A stretch of DNA of 64,000 nucleotides from Azolla caroliniana (taxonomy: Eukaryota; Plantae; Polypodiophyta), in assembly GCA_043228905.1 (NCBI GenBank), contig JBHGNT010000012.1, positions 16,492,001-16,556,000 on the forward strand, in the 5' to 3' direction. This document shows positions 38,731-51,800 of this stretch, piece after piece; positions within the stretch are counted from its first letter, which is position 1, and the number at the start of each line of letters is the position of its first letter. The notes beneath the pieces were generated by a model, which worked only from the letters and a program-made list of their open reading frames with translations, was not told where the DNA came from and made no database searches. A program made the position numbers and the translations under genes.

Positions 38731-41700
38731 TGCGAAAAAAGGAATGAATGAAAAATCATCATGAGAGTGTAATCATGTAGTAAAATGTTTGGAAATCTGC
38801 CCAATGAAGAAAACATGGCACCATGTGGGCATTTGTGTGATGAATAAATAATACCTTCAAAGATTGGAGGGATCTAGTGATGATTTGTAATTACCTTAAA
38901 AATGATCCATGATAGTAATTCTAATATTTCTTTCACAGTTACAATCATGGTGTTTCATTTTATTTGTATGCCCATTTACCATAGATATCATTCCATAGAT
39001 CAACAAGCTCATCAAAAAATGCATCGACATTCATCATTATGCTTAGAACATCTATCTTACCATATACAAGAGAGTAAACACATAGTTGAAATTCCATAAC
39101 ACAATTCCTATCCACAATCAATGAGGCTCATTCAAGAAAGATAGTAAATGCAAAACCCAATTTCTGACCTCCTCATACAATGCTTATTTTTGTTTAGGTA
39201 TAGACACATAAGAGTGTAACAAGCGCCATGTTTATGCTCGATTATTATGAGGTAACGATCGAATAAAAGACCACAAAAACACACACAATGATACAATATG
39301 GATGACACAAGATTTAACGTTGTCGTGAAGAAAACCGGCCATAGGCGGAATCGGAGAGAAAGCGCATAAACCGGCCCTTACACGGATGGACGCTTGACTT
39401 GGTATTTTGTACATGAATCGGTGGAGATAAATACTAAGCCGCACACATTTATTAGGGGGGGGATTGTGCGTATCCCTGTCAGAGGGACAGGGAATAAAGG
39501 GAAGAGGAGAAGAGGAAAGGGGTATCGCGCGCGAAGGAGAGGGGAGGTGCTACTGCAGATCTGGGTGCGAGGTCTCTCTCTTCTCCACCGGCCGTCGTTC
39601 TCTACGGGTGTCGGGAGTTCGCTACCTCTGCTTCGGGGACAACCCATGTGCTTCCAGCAGAGTCTCTCCTTTTCCCCCCTTTTGTTTCTTGGAGTTGTGT
39701 GACTGTCGTTAGTGTGCGTGAGTAGGGTCCCCGTGTCGGGTCCGTCGCCGCCTTGTCGGTTGTAACCGTCGGAGTTTGTAATCTCTTGTCATTGTAATTA
39801 AGTGTTACGTTCTATATCTGTCCTTCTCGCTTCTACGTGTCTGTGAATCTCTCTCTCTCTGTCTCTCTCTCTCTCGCTCCTCGGTCCAAGACCCCCTGTG
39901 GTCCCGCCCCTTTTTACACGTACGCGCGTAACAACGCGACAAATTTGGTGAACCCGACGTGAAAGGGCGACAAAGGAGTCGAAAGATGAGGGGATCGGAG
40001 CTAGCAGAGGCAATGGCGGTGGTTGTCGACCGGCTGGTGAGCGCTTGTGAGGGAACGGGTACCCTCGACAGAGCCATTGAATCGATCGTCGGCTCTATAG
40101 GCCGTTTTGGAGGGAAAGACGCCACAAGTTATTTGGAGGCTTACCGAGCCGAAATGATCATGAGGGATATCCCGATGGACAGGCGGCTGTCCGGATTCCC
40201 TCGGGTGGTGACGCCGGGCATCCATGCGGAGGTGCTCGAGGTGCTGGCCGGATGCCAAACTTGGGAGGAGTTCGAGCTGCAGCTCCTCGAGAAGTATGGG
40301 TTTGACAACTCGCTTCGGCTGTCGAGGCGGGACTTCATGGCATGGGTGGAAAGCCCCGGAAAAGGGAGGAACACGTCGGTGCTCCTCCAGGAGTTCGAAA
40401 AATGGTTCGCGCGGCTATCGACACTGGACCGGACGGTGCTCGAAACAAGTCGAGTACTGCTGTTTGTCAAGTCGGTGGATGCGCTCGACAGGGAAAAGGT
40501 GGGTCCCCTATTGGAAACGGACGAAGGGCTCACGACGGACTAGGCCGTGGTAAAACGGGTCTGCAGCCATTTCGACAAACAACGCGATTGGAGCGACGGA
40601 AGCACGTCGGGGTCGGGGCCGGTCCCGGGGAGGAGGCTAGAGGAGCCGGTTTCGGTGCCGGCTGGGAGGAAGGAAGAGACCTGAATCTGGCCGGAGTCGG
40701 GGTGAACATTGAACGACGTGGTCAGAGGCCCATCCGGAGGAGCGGCTCTAGAGGAGCTAACATAGATGGTGCGCGACCTGCAGATCGCACAGGCCCGAAG
40801 GGACAGCGGTGAACAACCTCGCGACCGGAGGCTGCCGGCTGGGCAGCGGTGCATGTGGTGTGACGCGATCGGTCACATTCGGAAGGATTGCGCGGATTTT
40901 GCCGACGCGCTCAGGACCAACGGGGTGTACCTCTGGAACGGGTGGGTGCACGCGAGCGAGACCCGGAGAGCCGTGGAACTGAATACGGGGCGCGGCGGAA
41001 TGAAGAGGTTGATGGAAGAGGCCGCGGCACGACACGTCGAAGCCGTTAACTACTCAATGTCGGCGGGAATTCGGGTCGGGGGTGATGAGACCCGGAAGGC
41101 GAAGGACTCCGGATTCTGGTCGCTTGTGCTAGAAGGCCTCTCCGGAGTTTGGCTGAGGAAGGAAGAGGCGGACCGCGCGGAACAACGGGTCCAGGAGGTC
41201 ACCGGTTGGGACGATCCGGTCGAAGAGAAAACGGGCTTCGTAGAAGCCACCTGCTAGAACTACGAGGTTCTGGTGGAGGACAAACGGGCAGGAAAGGCTG
41301 GAGGGGTTGGCCCCCCGAGGTATGAGACCCGGTTTGGACCGAAACCAATCGGTGCCGGCAACCCGGGCGTGCCGGATAGAAGAAGCAGGCGGGGTTTCGG
41401 TTGAGCATTGAAATCGAGAGAGCAACGAACCTACGGAAGGTCCTTGAAGAGCGAATCCTCGACAGTAAAGTGGAGCTATTGTTGCGGGAGGTGCTGGGAA
41501 TCGCCAAGAGGGAGTTCCACGACTCTATTGTAGACTTGGTGAAGCGGAAGAGGCTCTCGACGGAGCCGGAACCGGAGAAGCCGGTGGAAGTGCAGACCAC
41601 GCACCTGGAAGACGGAGCCCTGGAAGATGAGCTGGCGGGAAGCCACTACACGAAGCTGCATTGGGCCAGGGCGACTACGGAAACCCCTGTACAGATCAGC

Positions 41701-41856
41701 AACGTTCTGGAACCGGTGGTGGCGTTGGTAGACCATGGATCCAAAATCAACCTGATGTCCATGGATTTCTACAAGAAGGGTAAATGGCCGATCAACACCA
41801 AGGATGGCTGGAAGATACGGGCAGCGACGCGCGCCACGGAAGAACTACATGGGGCC

Positions 41857-44800
41857 TGTTACGGGCAGGACCATATAATATCCCGTGGTGAGAATTTACC
41901 GTAGTATTCTATACACGTGGATAAGTGTGAGGGTTAAACGAGTGTGTAAAGAAGGGGAGGATTACTTTTAATCCTCGGGATTGAGACAACCCATTAGGTC
42001 AAGTGTGAACTTGCCTGGGGGCCTTGGGTATCGCTATAAATAAGAGGCCTAGCTACCCTCATTTGATCATCTTTTGACTACATCGAGACTCTGCTTGTGT
42101 GGTGGGTCAAGGTCAACTCTTGTAGCGAGCGCGCCAGCACCAGGTACGACTCGACGCCACAGCGGTGGTATGGGACGCCGATCGAGGCTCGAGTCCGTCT
42201 CGATCCCTTCGCTCGGGGGTGGTCGGGTGGATCGGCACCCTTCTTTCTCTTTCTCCTTTCTATCTATCATTTGTTTATCCTTATCTTAAGCTTACTTTAG
42301 TACTTAGATCTCTAATATTTGGTATTAGATTTATGTACTAATGTTTCTTTGTTTTTCATTTGTCGTTTGATTGATGGTGATCGATCGATGTGCGGTCGGC
42401 CTTGATCCAGACAACGATCAACAAAGAACTTCGGTAACTCTTTCCAGAATTTTTTTTTTCTATTCTCTCTTCTCCCATCTAATCATGTGTTTAGTTTATA
42501 TGTCATTTTTTTTCATTAAGTCAATGATGTTGTAGTGGTCTTTAATTGATTATTTAAAACGTTTACATATGTGCACGAGGTATTGACCTCGTTTGACATA
42601 TTAATAATATGTGATGAGTGTCGTATGCGTACAGGGTTAATACCTCAATTACGTATTACGTTCACGAACATATGTTACGTTTGCGTATGAGTTTAATACC
42701 TTGATTTGTTGTAAACGATATGCGGTTGGTCTCGTATGCGTAAGAGGTCAATACCTCAATTGCGTATTACGATGATCTCTTATTTGTGGATGTTTCGTGT
42801 GCGTAGAGGTATATACCTCGATTACGTATCTCGATCACATCATTTGTGGCTATTTAATATAACGATATGTTAATATAGGCATATGTGGTCACATATATAC
42901 GTATTTGATCGTATATATGTGATAAGTAAACATATGTGTATATTCGTTATTACGTGATTATATCGAAAGTTGTCCTTGTCGGGAAAAGGATGTTGGTGGC
43001 CGTCCTCACATTTTTGTGAGAATGGCGTTGTCCCCATCCCTTTTTCAACAATTTTTTATTGTTGATAACCCCGTTGATGACCTCGATTTCGTTACGTAAA
43101 GAAACGCCAATAGCCATAATGATGTTGAGTACGTAGGGCTTGACCCACTTCAAGTGAGGTCGCTCCAATGACGCACGTATCCAACATCCCTCCCTCGTTA
43201 CATGGATACGATGCCACCATGAGCTCGTTCTTACGAGAGGCATTCGTAATGACGTGACCATGTGATGGCCCACGTGAGCCTACTACGAAACGAGGGCTCA
43301 TTTGGCTTGACCATTAGGTTGCAATTTGGCGTATGCCATCGTAATTACGAGACTTGAGGTTAGGTAACGTACCAACATAATTTTGGTAAATGAGGGCGAA
43401 ATAAGGACCCTTGACATATATGTTCTTTTAAAAAAAACATATATGATCAATTGCCTCGCATATCTCTTATACGCATCAAACATTAAGCATTCGAGAAGAG
43501 CAACTTACTTGGTTGGCTCAAGTGTTTAATGTATTTGTTCTCGAGGTCTCGAGTTCAAATATGACCAAGACCATACAACATCCTTGATACATATGACTAT
43601 AACACATGTTTAGACTTAAGGTCTAAGTGCACCTCGGGGTCCTTGTAATAGGACTTAAAGAGCCGAAACCACATATGTGGGCACCGAAACATAGTTTATT
43701 GTTAACATTTTTTTCGTGTATAAACTATTCATGACACGAACATACATGGTTGAGCCGCGGGGAGCCACCATGAAAAAATCGATATAGAGATCAGGGAAAG
43801 ACATTTATTTGTCACCCCCATGGTTTTTAAAACACCTTTGTGTTACCATAGTAACCTGATCTTGAACCTCATCTCATACGTCTTGAGGGGTATTGACGTG
43901 AGATCATGATATCGATTAATGTTTGCCCATGATATGTTTACATCACGACATGATGTTATGACTATCTCTCTGACCTTATCCTATTTCTTTTCCAGAAATA
44001 ATCTTTAATGGCTCAAATTAACGACCCGATGTCATCCGCTCAAGCGGAAGGAACTCAAGGGAATCCTCCTGGACAAATGTCCACTGAGATGTATTTGGCA
44101 CAAATAACCCAATACCTTAGTTTCACCGCTCAACAGATGACCAAACTTCGGCAATCTCAAAGTGCTCTCGAGGCACGTGTCATTAGTCTACAACGTGAGA
44201 CTAATAGACCTGATGAGCGACAAGGTGAACCATCATTTGTCGTTAAGCCATTTACGGGAGACAAAAAGGAAAGAACCGAAGAAGCAATCTGCACATGGCT
44301 GGGACGATGGGAGTCTCATTTTGAGCTCTATCCCACGCTAGATAGTACGAAGATTGCATATGTCGGCCGAGAACTCGGGGGTAAGGCCGCCGCCTGGTGG
44401 CGTGGGCTCTGTACTATGGGGAAATTGCCCGATACCTGGACAGATTTTGTCACGGTTTTTAAGGGTCAATTTCTGCAACCTCCCTCTCGAACCGAGGCAG
44501 CACAAGCTTTAATGAACCTCTCTAGCAGGAAATTTTCCTCTCTAGAAGACTATGTTCACCATGCTAGAACCCAAATCCAAAAATCGGGTCTAGAAGGGGA
44601 CAATTGGTTGATAGCTTGTTTTGTCAATGGCATCCCCAATTCGGACTATCACTGGATAGTGCACGATAAGGATCCAAAATCCTTCGAAGAGGCCGTTGAA
44701 ATAGTTCTTCGCTATCAACGCACTTCGAAGAAGGACCATAACAAACCCAACGAAGCGCCCGGGATTAAGCAGTCGCAATTTGTTGGGAAACACAAGACAC

Positions 44801-47800
44801 CCAACGAATTCCTGGATCGCGATTGTAAGCGACAATATCCTTTTTGCGTATTCTGCAAAAAGAAGGGTCATACAAAAGATCAATGTCGAAAGCTCCAACG
44901 GAAAGAGCACGACAACAAAGCTAAAGCTGCAGACCATAAAGGTCAGATTCCTAACGTCCTTCAGGTCTATACACATCATTTAAGTAATTGTCAATGTTCT
45001 TTCCCTCACTATGTATTGGGTCCCAATGATTTACTACGTGCAAACGGGTATATCAATGGATCTCCCGTACAATTTTTATTTGATTCGGGAAGCTCACACA
45101 ATTTTGTGAATGATCGTTTGGTTCAGATATGGGGAATCCAACCCACCGTAAGTGATCATACCTACACGGTGCACTTGGCTGATGGAAGAGTACAATACAT
45201 CAATGGGGCGATTCATTCATTAGGAATTTCTATTCATACTTATATAGAGGAAGTAGACTTCCATGTAATGAATCTTTGTACCACCGATGTAACACTGGGT
45301 TATCCTTGGTTTTATAATAAAAACTCTTCTTTATTTATTGATTGGGTTCGCCATTCCATTTCTTTTGTACTGAACGATTGTACGCATTTTATTCAATGTG
45401 TAAAAAAACAATCCCTCTCGATTGTTTCCTCGTGTCCATCAATATCCGAGTTGTCTTGTTCTATGTTATTTTATTGTGTACTTGATCCGGACATTCACGT
45501 TTACAATATCGATAATGTCCCGGTTCAATTAACATATTTTGAACAACAACAACTTGATGAAATCTTAAATGATTTTCATGATGTTTTTCCAAGTGAACTA
45601 CCTGATGGGTTACCTCGTAAACGTAATATAGACCATCGTATAGATATTGTACCTGGTGTTGCACCAATAAGTATACCTCCGTATCACTTAAGTCGATCCG
45701 AAGAAGATGAGGTATCAAGGCAACTCAAGGACTATTTACGAATGGGTTATATACGTTATAGTAAATCTCCATGGGGTGCACCAGTTCTCTTGGTTAAAAA
45801 GAAAGAGGGCACATGGCGTATGTGTATTAATTACCGACGCTTGAATAAAGTGACGATCAAGAATTCGTACCCATTGCCCCGGGCTGACGATCTAATTGAC
45901 CGTCTCTAGGGAGCTCGGTATTTTACAAAACTTGATCTCCGTACTGGCTACCATCAAATACGAATAAGTGAGGACGATGTTCCTAAAACGGCATTTCGTA
46001 CGCGCTATGGCCATTACGAGTTTTTGGTTATGCCTTTTGGTTTGACCAATGCTCCGGCTACTTTTCAACAAGAAATGAATGACATTTTCCGAGAACAACT
46101 TGGAAAATTTGCCGTTATTTTCTTGGATGATATTTTAGTTTATAGCCGTACATTACAAGAACATGCTAAACATGTCCGCTTTGTTTTACAAACATTGCGT
46201 GACAAATAGTTTTATGCGAAGATCTCAAAATGTGAGTTCTTCAAGAAATCAATTACTTATCTTGGACATCTCATAACCGAACGAGGAGTTGAAATTGATC
46301 CTTCTCGCACTGAGAAAATCAAGCTTTGGCCCACTCTTCAGAATATTCGAGAAGTTCGATCATTCCTTGGTTTTGTCGGGTTTTTGCGAAAGTCTCTTCG
46401 TAATTACTCCCAATTGACGACGCCGTTTACTGATCTTTTAAAAGGTCAAATGCGTAAGTCTACAAAACCTATTGTGTGGAATTCTACACTAGACCTCGCC
46501 TTTAAGGAACTCAAGGACCTGGTTTGCAAGGCTCCTTCACTTCTTTTACCTGATCCTTCAAAACCTTTTGAGGTTGAAACCGATGCAAGCGATTATGCTA
46601 TAGGTGCTGTCTTATATTAAGATGGTAAACCAATAGCATTCGAGAGTAAGAAACTTGATTTTGCTCAATGTTGGTATACCGTTCAAGAAAAGGAATTATT
46701 TGCAGTTATACATGCGCTCAAAACATGGCGCCATTATCTTTATGGAAATCACTTTGTGGTAACTACGGACCACGAGTCCTTGAAATATTTTTGTGACCAA
46801 CAAGACCTGAAAGGTCGTAAGGCACGATGGGCTAATCTCATCCAGGACTTTGATTTTTCCATACGATATCGTAAAGGTTCCATGAACATTGTCGTTGATG
46901 CACTAAGTCGCATCCGTGAAGTTAACACGCTTAGCTTCACTGAAATAACATCAGATCTTTATGATAACCTTCGAGGAAAGTATCATGATGACAGTTATTT
47001 TGCAAAATACTGGGCAAGAGTTGAGTTTGGAACAGACACCACCACATCCTCGAAGGAATACTTCCACATTGCTAACAGTTTGCTCTACCGTAATGGGAAG
47101 GTTTGTGTTCCAGATTTACCCGAGGTCAAAAAGAGGATTCTTTTTGAATGCCATGATGCACCCTTAGTAGGGCACCCAGGAATACATCGTACACTCGTTC
47201 TCATCTCCACTCAATTTTATTGGCCTAAGATGCGTCCTGACATACATAGCTATGTGACTAAATGTCACCAGTGTCAGGTTAACAAAGCCGAGCGACTTAA
47301 AGCCGCAGGACTTTTACATCCCTTGGACATTCCCAATAATAAGTGGGAAAGTATATCCATGGATTTTATTGTTAGCCTTCCTCGCACCCAAAAAGGTCAT
47401 GATGCCATCTGGGTTGTCGTTGATCGACTAACTAAAATGGCCAAATTTATTGCTACTAAAACCACGGTAACAGCTCCTGAATTGGCTTACCAATTCATTG
47501 ACGAATTGTTTCGTTTTTATGGGTTACCGATGGATATCATGAGAGATCGAGATCCAAAGTTTACTAGTGACTTCTGGACGCAAGTCTTTAAGAAGTTAGA
47601 AACTACGTTGAGCATGAGCTCCACGGATCATCCTCAATCCGATGGACAGACAGAATGAGTAAATCAAATTATTGAGGACATGCTTCGAGCATACGTTGGT
47701 GCAAAACCAACAAAATGGGAACGTTATCTCCCAATTTTGGAGTTTGCTTATAACAGCTCCAAGCATACGTCGACGGGATATAGTCCTTTTATGTTGATGT

Positions 47801-48866
47801 ATGGTTTTCAGCCACGAGCCCCGATTGATGTTAATATACATCATGATGAGTTGCGAAGTACGCAAAACTTTCTTCGGGATATGCAAGATATGTTGCATAT
47901 TGCACGAGATAATATAAAAACAACTCAAGATAGAGCGCGTTTTTATGCCTCGTGTATTCAACCCTAGATAGAAGGTATTTTTATGTGTACCTCACAATTC
48001 TAAGACATTGTCTACGGGTAAGTGCGCTAAGTTAGCCCCACGGTTTTCTGGACCTTTTACAGTCCTCAAACGCATTGGGTCATCAGCCTATTGTCTCGCT
48101 CTTCCCGATGGTGTTGGAATTCATCCAGTCTTTCATGTGAGTCGTCTAAAAGAACTTCTAGGTTCTGGCGACAATACAGTTATGACTAAAACTCTGGTTA
48201 CTTCTGAAGAATTATCTTCTAAACCACATGTACCAGAAAGAATTCTCGATGTTAAAACAAAAAAATTACGTACTAAAGAAATCCGAGAATTTAAAATAAA
48301 ATGGATGGATAAATCAATAAAAGATGCCACATGGGAACGCGAAAATACTCTTAGAACTAACTTCCCTAACTTTCCATTGCAAGAGTGCAATGTATTTAAA
48401 GAGGGGGAGTATGTTACGGGCATGACCATATAATATCCCGTGGTGAGAATTTACCGTAGTATTCTATACACGTGGATAAGTGTGAGGGTTAAACGAGAGT
48501 GTAAAGAAGGGGAGGATTACTTTTAATCCTCGGGATTGAGACAACCCATTAGGTCAAGTGTGAACTTGCCTGAGGGCCTTTGGTATCTCTATAAATAAGA
48601 GGCCTAGCTACCCTCATTTGATCATCTTTTGACTACATCGAGACTCTGCTCGTGTGGTGGGTCAACTCTTGTAGCGAGCGCGCCAACACCAGGTACGACT
48701 CGACGCCACGACGGTGGTATGGGTCGCCGATCGAGGCTCAAGTCCGTCTCGATCCCTTCGCTCGGGGGTGGTCGGGTGGATCGGCACCCTTCTTTCTCTT
48801 TCTCCTTTCTATCTATCATTTGTTTATCCTTATCTTAAGCTTACTTTAGTACTTAGATCTCTAATA
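41857..48866 (+). mobile_element. Chromovirus Gypsy element C nested in the protease region of B
   Basis: LTRs 41857-42317 and 48412-48866; TSD GGGCC; degenerate iMet PBS TGGTATTAGA at 42320; PPT AAAGAGGGGGAG. Confidence 0.95.
44008..48411 (+). pseudogene. Gag-Pol pseudogene of element C with C-terminal chromodomain
   Basis: 633-aa ORF ([23 protein letters not shown]), then RT/RNase H/integrase with in-frame stops, then PERILD...FKIKW...ATWE. Confidence 0.9.
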
Positions 48867-51800
48867 GGGCCTGTCTGAACGTACGGGTGAAAATCGGCGA
48901 TGTCGAGATCGACCAACACTTCTTCCTGCAGGAGACGTCCTCGCATCCGGTTATACTAGGAGAGCTATATATCATGAAGGCATGGATGGAGACCAAGGTG
49001 CTGGACAACGGTTCAACCTATGCAAGAGTGAATAGCCAGGACGGGCGTCACTCGGTCCAGTTCCTAATGGTGCGACCAAACCATGAGCGTAACCGCGAGG
49101 CCCTCAACAGCGAAACCCGAGGGGATTTTTAGAGAGGGCTATCAAGGCGTGGGGCTGCGATAGTCCGGAAACCCGGAAAGAACCCCACCAATGTACAGTA
49201 CGGAAGAAGACCTGTACCATAGGTAGGAAATTTTGGTTCTCCGACAGCGGAGGTTGTACTATAACCAGCGTTAGCGGTAGGGAGAGGAAGCAAGCGGAGG
49301 AGCGGCTCAGGGGATGCGGAGTCCTCTTCCCCGACGAGGACATCAGTGGCACCGTGGAGGCGGTCTCTTTTGACGACACCTTGGGCGAACTACGAAAGGT
49401 GATCGGTGAAGATCTTAGGGAAGACTGGACTGTTCCGGTAGGGTCAATGGGATCGGGTCGGATTGGATGGCCCGCGTGGATACGAAATACAAGACTGTGG
49501 ACCGGAAGTTGAGGCCAGTCGCGGCACCCTTGCCGGAGGGTAGCGAGGAGCGGATAAAAGGGGTCGCGTCGGACCCAAGTTTACGAAATCCGGCTGGCAT
49601 AGGGCACCGGTTCACCGACATAACGCTACAGGAGCTCAAGGTCGATGGGGGCGGCTTCCTACTGCCGGCGGAGGAGGACCAGTTTCGGAGAATGCTTGGG
49701 AGGCACGGGAAGGCTTTCGCATTCTCATCGGAGGAGATCGGGTGCGTAGACCCAACAGTTGTCGAACCGATGGTGATCTTCACGGTACCGCATGTACCGT
49801 GGAATCTCAAGCCGATTCTGGTGCCAAGAGCTCACATCCCGAAGTTGATGGAGCGCCTAAAGCAAAAGGTGGAGATGGGCATCCTCGAACCGTCGAGTGC
49901 CACGTATTTGAATCGGTGGTTTACGTTGCCGAAGTAGAATGGCACGCTACGCTTCATTCAGGACCTACAACCGGTCAACAAGGTGACCATCCGTAATGCA
50001 GGGATCGGACCGTCCATAGACGAGTTCGCGGAGGCCTTCGCTGGAAGGTCGATCTATTCTGTCGGTGATCTGTACTCGGGGTACGACCAGTTCCAACTAG
50101 CCGTGGAGAGCAGAGACATTACGACAATGCGGACCCCTCTCGGCCTAGTGCGGATGTGTACCCTGCCACAAAGAGGGACGAACTCAGTGGCTCACATGGT
50201 GAACGCGATGAACAAAGTGCTCAGGGATTGTATCCCGGACATCACCATGCCATTCTTAGACGACATCCCGATCAAGGGATGCCCGATGGAGAAAAGGGAC
50301 GAGGCAATCGGGCCGGACAGATGTCGGAATTTCGTGGCGTCCCACATCGATGACTGCGAGAAGGTGTTGCAGAGACTAGAACGCGCGAGGCTCACCTTCT
50401 CCGGGGAAAAGTCGGCCTTCGGACAGTCGGAGATCTTGGTGGTCGGACACCTGTGCGGGCCTTACGGTAGGAAACCGTCTCCGGCAAAGGTAGAGGCCAT
50501 CTCCACGATGAGGAACGATTGTGGGTCGGTCATGGAGGTCCGCAGATTCTTGGGGGCATGCGCGTTCTACCACATCTAGATCCCGCACTACGCACATGTC
50601 GCGGAACCCCTCTACGGACTATTGAAAAAGGGGCGTAGCTTTGAGTGGAGGACAGAGCACACAGAGTCGGTTCAGAGGCTAAAGGAGGCGCTTACGGCAG
50701 CGCCGACTCTCTGTAAAGCGGTTTACGGCAAGGATGTTCCCATTTGTGTAACAGTGGACACCAGCCCGACCGGGATCGGGTGGGTAATCAGTCAGGAGGA
50801 CAAGGGTGGCGTACGATTCCCGATCTGGTTCAGGGCGAAGGTATTGAGTGAGCGACAACGAGGGTACGCCCAAGTTAAGCGCAAACTTTGGGGTGTCGTT
50901 TCGGCAGTCAAGGCCGACAAGGATTATCTGATCGGGACGGAGGTGATCATCGAGACGGACTGCCTACCGATACTCGGCATGGTTTCCGGATGCGCGACGC
51001 CGGACCTAGCAATGCTCCGGTGGATAGCATACATTAAGTCCCTGAACCCGGAGATATGGCACATCTCCGGAAAGGACAACGAGGGCAAGGTTCAACGACG
51101 AAGACGACATGGTTTCGGATGACGAAGAAGTCGGCGAGGACTTCTTCGGGTCGGCTAACATAATGACGAGAAAGGGGAACACTCCGGCACTTAACGAATT
51201 TGATGAGAGCAAGTACGATGGGGAGTGGCTCCAAATTGGGAGGTTCCTACGGACGATGAGGCCGGACGCAGCATGGGCGAGAGAGGAGGCGAGCCGGATA
51301 CGGAGGAAGGCGTACCGATTCTTCCTGCGGGACGGGTGCATATGGAGGCACCCAAAGAAGAGAAGCGGCATTCCACTCCAAGTAGTGGCAAAGAAAGAAG
51401 AACATGGGAAACTACTGGCGGCATTTCACGAGAGCCCCTGGGCTGGACACCGCGGAATGTGGGCCACTTTCAAGAAGTTGAAGGAGAAGTACTGGTGGTC
51501 GGGGCTGTACCAGGACGTGCATCGGTTCGTAACGACTTGCGAAAGCTGTCAGATGCACTCCGTAGTCTGACACCGGGACGAGCTACACCCAACCTAGCCA
51601 CCTACGGTCCATTTCAAGTGGATGGTGGACTTGGTGACGATGCCGATGGGGGTAGGACAGATGCGATACCTGGTGCTTGCACGGGAAGACTTAACGAACC
51701 AGGTGGAAGGCTATGCACTGCAAAGCAAGACAACTGCGGTGGTATGCCGGTTCCTGATCGAAGAAGTAGTGTGTCGGTACGGGTGCGTCGGGAGGATCGT

